From positions 5,890,001-5,954,000 of the forward strand of contig OZ176052.1 of assembly GCA_964247055.1 (NCBI GenBank): a DNA stretch of 64,000 nt. The letters are read 5' to 3'. This stretch comes from Paragordius varius. Its lineage: Eukaryota; Animalia; Nematomorpha. The notes under the pieces are model-generated. The model was given only the letters and a program-made list of their open reading frames with translations, was not told the DNA's origin and ran no database searches. A program made the position numbers and the translations under genes. The stretch's first letter is position 1. Each line of letters opens with the position of its first letter. Below are positions 54,019 through 64,000 of the stretch, in pieces.

Positions 54019-54832
54019 ATATATTGTATAAGTCTTCATAATTTGTCAAATTATATTTGAACACATAAAATAGCTTTTATTCAACATTTAAATTTGATTC
54101 CTTGTCCTTCTTAATTTACTGTGGAAAAACGCGTTCAATAGCAGTGTTTTAGGTAAAGATAATGCAAATTCTTCAATTAAAATATTATTGTATGGAACAT
54201 AATTTGTTTAAAAATGATTATTTTAACCATTTCTATCCTACGTATTTTTTTCTGTTGTCCATAATATAAGTTTTCATTCAATATATTTTTAATAATGAGA
54301 CTTCATAAAAAAGTGTCATTGTGCACCGTCTTGTCTTCCAAATAATCGTTTCTGTTTGTATAAAACATTTTTATATTCTGGCTATTCATTTAGCCTTGTT
54401 TTTCTGGATGCTTTATAATATTGCGATTATATGGTATAAAATTATTTTCTAACCTTTTTTGATTTGGAATTTTGACCTTTGTCCTGTGATAAAACATAGG
54501 ATTCTAGGAGATTACATTTTTATAAATATTTCAATCGCTGGCAAAAGAGAACCAACAGTTCTACAATATCCAAGCATTTTAACATCTATATTTTCCACAT
54601 CCAGGGGTAAAAATCAGTAGCTGTTTGAATAGCGTTGTGTATCTGCAAATGTTTTAATTAAGATTATTCGCTAAATTGTTAAAAATATTTTTTGTGCCGC
54701 TTCTTACATCACCCAGCGCACTTTGTGATGATTTTGTCTTTATTATTTTTTTCTAGAATATTACAATCACTTCACCTTTTGTTCGTGCACATGTAAATTT
54801 ATTGAATAAGGTACAAACAACCGGTAAGGTAC
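54019..54832 (-). pseudogene. Inverted, internally deleted copy of the same hAT transposase inside the element
   Basis: Reverse-complement blocks match the forward transposase in collinear order, e.g. 54621-54642 = revcomp of 52890-52911 (atacacaacgctattcaaacag); also atataaaaatgttttatacaaac, aatcaaatttaaatgttgaa, tcaaatataatttgacaaatt. Confidence 0.85.
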
Positions 54833-55689
54833 AAATTTTTTATATTTATAATGTATTTGTGTTAATGAATAAATATTACAATAAATTTTTTGTATAAAAA
54901 TTTTTGGTTGTACCCCCCAATGGCCCCCCCCCTTCTCGGATTTGTCCCGCTTTTGCCTTCAAAAAATCTGGTCACCTTAGTGTTATAACAAAAGATGAAA
55001 AAATAATCCATTAAAAATATTTTCGAACAATATTACTCCCAAAATATAATATTAAATAAGGGTAATTAAAATATTTTGCCTTCTTGTTTGACTACTTATA
55101 GATTAAAGGGTTGAATTTAATAGTTTATAGACACGCGTGATAAGTATAAATGATATCTTATTTATTTTGAGCACTTTGTATCGTCAATATATTTTAATAT
55201 TATTAATGGTTTTTATGCGTTTATTATAAGATCATACAAAATTTGATGTTATAAAAATTAACAAAATTTCATATCATTTCATATTTATGACTAGTTATGG
55301 CCTTTGGACATGGTCTATTCTTACAAGTTCGTTTTATGGTTATTAACTTTAACGGTTTTGTTCAGAAATCAGAATGCCCTATTAATTGAATATTTATCTG
55401 GGGTTTTATATAATAAAAACCAACTTCTCTTTATTAAAATTTTTAAAATTTTTAGGTGCCAAATAATCTAAAAGGGCTTTGTGTTGCTCAGTTCAGTTTC
55501 AGTCGGTTATAACATTGCAAAACAGATAATATAAATGAAGTATCTATTATATACATAACAACTGATATAATGATGGAAGCCCTGATTATAGAAAATCTAG
55601 TCGAAAAAATTCAAGAAAATTTTAATTAAATTGTCTATGACGTTTAAATTTTTTTATAATTATTATTGGTTGTTTATTTATTCCTGAGT

Positions 55690-56010
55690 TGTAAATGACT
55701 TTTCAAATATGGCACTATTAATATCCACTTGTTTTTTTCTTTACCGCTACATTCAAATTTCTCAATTCTATCTTTGGCTCCTCTTTTATCTTTCTAATAA
55801 CCACATCTGTATTCGGCCTCGTTTCCTTTGCCTTAATACCTTTCCAAACTTTTGTCTTTTTTAAGGATTGACCGCATAACATGACCAAAAGTTATTGTTT
55901 ATGAAGCATTAATCCGTTTTAACAGTTATGTGTGTTTTAGCTTTTAATTTTTAATTTTGTCTTTCCATATGTATCCAAGCATCCTACGCCATAGTGGCTA
56001 AAAGACACAG
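55690..56010 (-). mobile_element. RTE-clade LINE 3' remnant
   Basis: Degenerate minus-strand translation gives WRRMLGYIW..., FGHVMRS..., GKGKRGR...W, typical of RTE/BovB C-termini. Confidence 0.6.
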
Positions 56011-56687
56011 GAATTTGCTTGTTTATTCAACACTTGAAAATAACACACTCATTTCAGTTGTTCGATTCGAATTAAAGTAGTTGGATACCCCAGGCCTGTT
56101 TTAAATTTAAAAACTCAAAAGGAGTTGAAACCATGGCAGTTTGAACTATAACATTAGTGAAACGAAATATAAAATAAAATCATCGAAAATACCTGATGGT
56201 TATTAATACTTGGATAATACACATTCATTTCAGTCCTATTCAAATTGGGGTAGTTGGATACCCCAGGCCTATTTATAATCAAATACTTAAAAATATGGAA
56301 GGAATTTAAAGCATGGCAAAAGTTTGCACTTATATAAGATTAATGGACTGAAATATAAAAAATACTTAATGGTACTTATTTTAAGGTGACAAAAGTAAAA
56401 ATTTAGTCATCACATGTGTACATTAGCTAAATTTTAATATAATGCAAAATAAACCACTTTTTGTGTTTCTATCAATGTTGGATGTGATATAAATCCAGAT
56501 CTATATTAATTTGTTTATCGCCGCCCGACTTATCCTATTCTCTTTCTGATGTCAGGAATTGAGTCACCTTCCGAAATATTATCACCCAAAAATGTTAATT
56601 TATTAACTACTTTTATTGTCCCTCCATTATAACAATTGTAGGTATTCGATGCCTAATTATAATTAGGATTAATCATTACCCCATAAC

Positions 56688-56900
56688 TCAAACTCTTCTT
56701 CCGAATTTCTTCAAACCCATTAAATCGTTTACAGTTACACCTTTAAAGGTGGTATCGTCTGCAAACCTTAGATTATTAAATTTCCCTCCTAGTCTTGGTC
56801 TAATATTTCCCATAACTTTTGCATTATCATTTCTCTGCACTATTGAGCAGATAGTGAATATCGATATATCTTCTGTGTCACATGCTGATGTTCTAATAAA
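56688..56900 (-). mobile_element. Non-LTR reverse transcriptase remnant
   Basis: KFNNLRFADDTT motif (RT catalytic (Y/F)ADD box in an RTE-like NNLRFADD context). Confidence 0.65.
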
Positions 56901-57963
56901 ACTGGGACCATAATCAGGGGGTGTAAACATTATCCTGATATATATAATGTATCGGATAAATGCTATGGTGCTTTTATTTCGGACCTTACGGATATAAGGA
57001 TAAATATTATTTACACTTTTGTGGTAATTATTTCATATCGTAACATAAAATTATCGCACATTATGCTAATTAAATTTTTTTGGTGAAACTTAATCTAAAA
57101 ATTAAATATACATCATAAACTATAACAATAATTTTGTAAAATTTTAATTTTTGGACGTTGGGTCCGAAAATCTCAAATTTTTGGCCCATTCTAAATTAAG
57201 CGAGTTATATTAAAGCAATGGTAAAAATGCCTTTCGATAAGAATTTTTATTATATGGTATTTACTTTTTTAGTAACGAAATTTTGTTGAGGCGCCCTTTA
57301 AGCTATTTTGAAGATTGATGTAAAAAGGAAAAAAATTTTAAAATCCGATGATGCTGAACATTTCTATCACCTCGTAATTTCGACTTAAATATTCCTTCGC
57401 CTACAAATTTATATTATATAAATTGTTTATTTTCACAAAAATTTGCCCATATTTTGCATATAATCTTTAAATTATATTTCAGAGGTGTAGAAATGTTCAG
57501 CATCATCGAAAGCATGAAGTATGCTTCAACAAAATTATGCTAAAAATTAAATTTTTTTACAAAGTGTGAATTTTTAATAATTTGATACTATAATTTTCCG
57601 ATATTTTTGAAATTCTTCTCCCAAATAGAGCCTATATAGGCTTTACATTTATTTTATAATGTATTTTTGTTAAATTTTTGGAATGAAGCATTTATTTTTT
57701 GCAAGTTTTATTTAGCGTAATAAGTGCAAATTTTACGATTTTTTGATATGTACAGTTGCCACAAAAGTGTAATTGTTTATATCACTCGTGAGATTTATAG
57801 CCAAAAGCACCATGAGATTCCTTACAACATGATTTATCAGAATATATATTTCACAGGATAGTTTTTGTGGGATACTGTGTTATCACTGTTTTATAAGGAA
57901 CTAATCAGCCTTAATAAGTGCGACCATACCCCTAGCACAGCGTCCACAAAAAAATTTACTGAT

Positions 57964-57966
<3 letters not shown>

Positions 57967-58002
<36 letters not shown>
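57967..58002. repeat. (AT)18 microsatellite
   Basis: Read directly; shorter AT runs also at ~14774, ~19192 and ~29258. Confidence 0.95.
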
Positions 58003-58004
<2 letters not shown>

Positions 58005-58867
58005 ATAGAAAAATGCATCAGGATTATCACGGAGCTTTTGGTTTTGGCCTTTAGGAGTGAAAGAAGGTTTACTTTTGTGGTATTCATATTATAAAAAATT
58101 TTGCCAAAAGCGTGCTAAATAAAAAATTTTTGGTGAAAGCAAAATGCTCCATTTCAATATCATTAAAGAATCATAAAATACATATAAAATATACATTAGT
58201 ATAAAACATTTTTATATTTTTTGAAAATTAATAATTATTTTGCTTATACGTAGTTTATGATTTTTATTATTGCTATATTAATATCAAGCGGTTAGCTTTC
58301 ATCCGTTTATTTAACCAAAGAACAATTGCAATTTTCTGATATGGAGCAGTTATTAAAAAAAGTAAATAACTTTCTTAAATCATTCATAAGAGCTAAAACC
58401 AAAAACACGATAATCTAGATACATTCTTTTATGTATATATTTATATCAAGGTATATTTTTGTACCCCCCATTTTGAACGCTGTAGCCAGCCATTTTTTAT
58501 CTATTTGAGGATATTTGCGACTTAAGTTAGACACCCTTGTTTGTTAAACTAAAAACTTTATTGAAAAGTTAACAAAACTTAAAAATCTTTTTAACCAAAT
58601 ATATCCATACATTCAATCAATGGTTTTATAAAAATGTATTTTAATTACCATAAACATTGTATTTAAAGCATATAATAGTGAATAGCAAAATTTATTTATT
58701 TTATATTCTAAAACATTACTATAAATATACATTGTAATAAAATTAAAATGGAAAAACATTAAACGTTAACAATGTGAGAAAAACAGATGTCTATGCAACA
58801 GTTGTAATTTTTAGTTTTGGTTCCCATGCATAAATTGATATCTACAGGAGAATAGCTGCTATTTAAT

Positions 58868-61800
58868 ATGGCTTTAATTAGTATGAATTTTGAAATTCCG
58901 TGTACTCCTACGGTTCCAACTGTTGTGGAAGTATTTAACGGTATTAAATAATTTTTTTTAATAATAGATATAATATAATCGATTTGCTTTGTATATTTAT
59001 AAATATTTTATAATTAGATATCACCCCATTAGGATACGTATTTTTATCCATTGCCATGCTTCTTTGCATTTTTACCTTTTTGATCTTTGTGGATGAATTT
59101 TATTATATTCATGTGAAAGTTCCATACAAGACACATAAAGAACGTTTGTATTGGCTTATTGGGTTGTTTCCAGTAATATTTATATTTTTGATTTTTTACT
59201 TATTTTACCTATTCCCATACCATAACTAAAATATGTAATTAATGTGCCTAATTGATTTTTTGGCACATATTTTGACACAACATACTTTGACATATCAATG
59301 CTGTTTGTGCTTAGTTGATTGCATTGTCAATAATTTTAATTAGTATTTTACAAAATATTCTCAAATCTTGTTTCTTTCTCAATACCCAGAGGTATATCGC
59401 ATTATCAAACTTTTTTCGCACATTTAAATCATTGTCGTTATTGAACAAAAAGCGCATAATTTTTAAATTTGATCATGTCAGAAGTTATATAACGAGATAC
59501 TGTTTAATGGTGTCAAACACTATTAGGACTCACTATGTTTTCTTATATATTATATGCATTTTTTTTAAAATAAATAATTTTATTTGTTTTAAGAATTTAT
59601 AAAGTTTTGACATTAGTAGCCTGTTTTAAGTGAGATGGAAAATATATTGTTAGTAAATTTTCATTAAAATTATTTGTCTACAATTTTTTGACATAAATTA
59701 GACTAATATGATTTTCAGAATTTCTTTTATATCTATTTTATTTAAATTTTTTATATAATATATTTGGAATTTTGATATTTTTTTTAATAAATATTAAATG
59801 GTGTTTCCTTTTTGTTTTTAATAAATTAATTTGATTTTTAAGCAAAAGGTTTATTGTTTAACATTAATATTCGAGATCCGAATTTTATGTTTCCCAATAT
59901 TTGTGTTCTTTAATATTGGCGACATTCCATTAATCATAATTATTTTCTAAATAACTGACCTTAAACATTATAGCACATAAATTTTAGTTTTTGTCAATTA
60001 AATAGATATATATATATATTAAATTATGTTTACAGAATAAATACTTCTATAAATTTGGAATGATAAGGTACATTTTATGTTTTGGTATGTAATTTCATTT
60101 GTTGAAGCAAATACCGTTAATAAAATCAATATATATTTATATAAATATAAAGATAAAAATATGGACATAGGATTTATAGACAAATAAATTACTAACCTTG
60201 GGTTAATATTTTCCACTTTTAAATTATTACAGGTATTTTCATGGGCATCCCTTTTGGGTATAGTTGTACCCCGATCAGGTGTTTTGGTCGATTTTGTTGC
60301 CTCGGTGTAAGTTTTTTAAATTTTAAAATTGTCGATGTTATATATATAAATCATTTTACATTAAATTATAATATATATATTTATATTTATAATAAATATT
60401 TACATTTCTAATATAATTATGCTTTATATGAATTTTTTTGCCAAATTTAACCATATACTTTTGTTGAGAAAATATTTTTACACTTTTATTTTGCATTTCG
60501 ACTTGGTAAAATAAATTTTTTTAATACTAAAATGGATTATTATTCCGAATACTTGTATATTATTGTTCAGTTTTTAATTTTAAGATACAAATAAAATAAA
60601 TTTTTTTGTTATTTATTTTTTTTGTGAATATACAGATATCTATCAATCGTAGTCTTCCAATTTTTCCAACTTATCGTAGAATATTTCGGGGGCAAATCTT
60701 GCATGCTTGAAATTTTATCAGAATCAAAACTTAATTTGCGAAGTCCACCCCTAGGGTGTTGTTGTCCCTGTTTACCTGATATACCATTTGTCAAGTAATA
60801 TTTTAGAGATTTTTAAGGCCAATATAAATGAATTTGAATTGAAAATTAGATAATGTGAATAAGAATTTTTGAAATAGTTATTAATAATGAAAATTGTATT
60901 GACCTTTTTATAAATGTTAAATTTAACTAGTACCCTTAAAAGTACATAATATTTAGCATTCATATTTTAAACAAAGTTCAATAAATCCAAAGCAGGATTT
61001 TTTATTTAGTTATTTATGGTGAACATTTGCAGTAAACTTTTTCTTAAAATAATTTTGATTTGGATACAATGATTTAAATAGATCTGAATATTAGATTTAA
61101 ATTTTTATAAGAAATGGCTGGTGTCATGTTTTTTACATAAGATTGAACTGTATTTAAATCTTGTTTTCCATGGTATTATATGCTAGGTAAATTGATTGTT
61201 TGGTTTATATTTTCAACAAAAAATTATGTTTTACTGCAAAACAAAGTTAAATTTTTTTATTTCGCGCTTGTATTTATCTAAAAAAATTTTTAAAAAATGA
61301 CTAAAAATTTTAATTTCCTCTATGTATGTTTTATCTTTTAGAACAAATTTTAATCGTATCAAAGCCATAGTTTATCAAATTGCTCTCATTCGGCCAATCC
61401 TAATTTTTATAGCAGCAGTGCTTTGGACTGATGGAAGTTATACACCTGGCCAAGTAAATATTATATACATTTAATTTTTTCTCATTTTTTTACGTTTTTG
61501 TTTGAGAATGTAGAGTGTTTATATATTTTTTCAAAATTTTTGCTAATGTATTAAACCAATCAATATCCATTAAAAATATTGCAATTTTGATTTGTGTTCA
61601 GTTCATTGAATCAAAGTTATTTATTTTTTAAAATTTGATACATTCATATTTATAGTGGATTTACATCATTTGTTATTAAAAGAGTCTTTTTTAGCTTCAT
61701 TTTTTAACGTTTGTTATATATCGATTGATGGTCTTTACAATATTAAGAATATAAATTTATTAATTAATATTTTTGGAAAAACAACAAATTTTTTCTTTGA

Positions 61801-63708
61801 TCATATTGTGGAAAATATGTAATTTTTTATTTACACTTTGTAGTTTTTTCATTTTTTTTTCATTTAAAATCTATATAAATATTTTATAGTATTCTGATGG
61901 AATACTAATAAGGATTTTTTGCTACAAATTTTTAAAACATTGGCCTTCCAGCATAACCATACCAAATTTTGATGGGTTTTTTGGGCCTAATAAATATATG
62001 TAAATTATACTGTATTTTTACAACTATTTTTTTGCTATTCAGATACAATATATATGGTTTATCTTAATCACAGACATATTGTCTTTAACAAGAATGTTTG
62101 TTAAATAGGTGTATTTTATCATCCATATTGATATTCCTTTTTAATATAAAGCAGAAATTAAAAATGAAAAAAAAATTTATAATATTGATTTTTGCACATT
62201 TTTATGCATATTCTTGTGTTTACTAGGCGTTAATATAATGATCTCTCTTTTACAATCTTTAACACATATTAATAATAATTCAATTTAAGAATCTTTTTTA
62301 TGATAATTCTTAAAGAATATTGTATATTATATGGTAAATATTTTAAATTTAAGACGCCTTTTTGAGTAAATGGCAATTATGTTTTGACACTTTATTATTA
62401 AAATTGGCTCAAGGTACAAAATTTAATTGTATAATTATTTTACGGTTCATAGATTTAATAAATATAATTTAATGTTAATTGTAATTAGCCTGGTTATTGT
62501 TTTTATCATTATAAATTTTAGTTTTTTTTTCTCTTTTTTACAGTATCTGTTAAGAAATAGGTTTTATTTTAAAAACCTTTTTGCCATTAGACAAGCGCAT
62601 TACTTGCAACATACCCTTGATTTGTAAAAAAATATATGTTGCTTATATGTTAATACCTTTTGAATATAGCTTTCTTTGGCTAATGCATATCTTTACCTCA
62701 CAATTTTAACGACCATATCTACGCTATTGGGTATGTATGGACTCATAATTATATTTCGAATATCAAAACCACATTTACGTGAACACAACATTGTGATCAA
62801 ATTTATTAGCGTTCAACTTGTACTGATATTCAGTAATTTGCAAGGGTCAGTTTTGGAATTGCTAACGACCAAAGATATATTCCCTTGTAGTCCTCCGTTT
62901 TCATCTAAAACTAGAGGGCTTGGTAAGGATACTTTTAATTTAATATACAAATTTTAATTTAAAAAAAGTTGTTAGTATAGTTAGCTTTCATCACAATCTT
63001 TTTTGAGAGTGATTTTTATATTGCTTGAATGAGTCACACTACAAATTGTTTCACCATTTTTTGAAATATACGTAGGACTTGAAAAAAAGATAGAAAAGAT
63101 GGTTAATGCAAAAGTCGTTATATTACGGATTTTAACAACTGTTATTACAAAACATAACCAATCCGTTAATTACCATTACAATAATTATCATATTACGCAA
63201 AATACCCTTAAACCGATTTTCAAAACATATTATCATTTATGTCATTGAGGAAAATATAGATATAATCTGCCAATATGGCACAACCATATTCTAATTTATA
63301 TTTTATCATAAGGTTTTTCACTCAATTCTCCTTTTCTTATAAGAATGTCTCTTCAAAAATTACCTCATACATTTGATTAATTATTTCTTACCAAATATTT
63401 TCCTTGTAGAACTAAATCACATGCTCTTGATCTTGGAATGCTTCTTGTTAGCTACCATCCTACATCATTATTATCGCAAAGAAGCTATGCATAGTCGAAT
63501 CAAATCCTCAACAACTATTTCGACTTTTGGTGACCATAATATCAATAATAAAAGCAAGAACAATAGTATTGTTGCAAACAATATTGTATTACAAGACGGT
63601 TCTACCGCATCAACGTTATCAACGACTGAGGAGAGTGGAGAAAATACGATTGGCGGTTCACCTTACCCTGCTCATCATACATATCATTATGATGGGCAAT
63701 ATGGGTGA
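58868..63708 (+). CDS. SLC51A: Organic solute transporter alpha-like, 7 exons (58868-58940, 59018-59172, 60233-60306, 60636-60794, 61342-61453, 62670-62922, 63410-63708), 374 aa
   Basis: All junctions are GT-AG and phase-consistent (1125 nt total). Motifs LLGIVVPRSGVLVD, EYFGGK, PPLGCCCPCLP (Cys cluster), LWTDGSYTPG, FPCSPPFSSKTRG, NHMLLILECFLLATILHHYYRK match OST-alpha. Confidence 0.93.
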
Positions 63709-63886
63709 GTTTTTTTGATTTGATATAAAAAAAATTGTGAAAGCGGGACCAATTAAAAATTTGGCAATATCCTTTATCCTATATCCCATATTTAACCAGT
63801 ATATATCAAAAATTTTAAGTAAATTTATTATTAAAACAAGTCGTGAAAAGAGATAAAAAATTATTTTAATAAAAAAGAAAATTAAA

Positions 63887-64000
63887 ATTGATCGGTCTGG
63901 TATTTAAAAAGTTTTTTGAGAATGTGAAAAGTGTTATATTGGTCAAACGGGTAGAAAAATTATTGCACGAATAAAGGAGCATCAAGCTTGCCTGAAAAAT
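63887..64000 (+). mobile_element. Penelope-like element GIY-YIG endonuclease remnant (runs off the window)
   Basis: IDRSGI*KVF*ECEKCYIGQTGRKIIARIKEHQ: GIY...CxxC..YIGQTGR...RIKEH signature with two nonsense changes. Confidence 0.85.

Larger units (their letters stand above)
51710..54979 (+). mobile_element. hAT DNA transposon (Blackjack-type TIR), 3270 bp
   Basis: TIR taaggtgaccaga (51710-51722) / tctggtcacctta (54967-54979); perfect 8-bp TSD gtgttata (51702-51709 and 54980-54987); subterminal gtcccgc repeats at both ends. Confidence 0.95.

Noticed and set aside
60609-60794. Minus-strand ORF (GKQGQQHPRGG...)
   Set aside because: Antisense shadow of OST-alpha exon 4 (CCCPC exon).
1-64000. 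tRNA, rRNA or snRNA genes
   Set aside because: No cloverleaf, box A/B or rRNA-like sequence recognised by eye; a covariance-model scan was not possible.

Overview
Very AT-rich, intron-rich invertebrate (metazoan) genomic DNA; not prokaryotic. Genes: a TXNDC17/TRP14-like thioredoxin (+, ~3.2-4.3 kb); a full NIPBL/Nipped-B cohesin loader of roughly 40+ exons (-, 7936-26501) lying head-to-head with an intronless NUDT8-like Nudix hydrolase (+, 26635-27420); a vasopressin/oxytocin-type GPCR with a frame break in ECL2 (+, 41328-43912); and a 7-exon OST-alpha/SLC51A gene (+, 58868-63708). Repeats: two large pyrimidine/purine-skewed minisatellite arrays of one family flanking the GPCR (34.2-37.8 kb and 45.5-50.3 kb); a TIR/TSD-bounded hAT (Blackjack-type) element with a broken transposase followed by an inverted, deleted copy of that transposase (a Mu-killer-like hairpin layout); several Charlie-type hAT MITEs; fold-back elements; RTE-LINE and Penelope remnants. 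All homology calls rest on recalled family motifs and manual splice-phase checks, not database searches.
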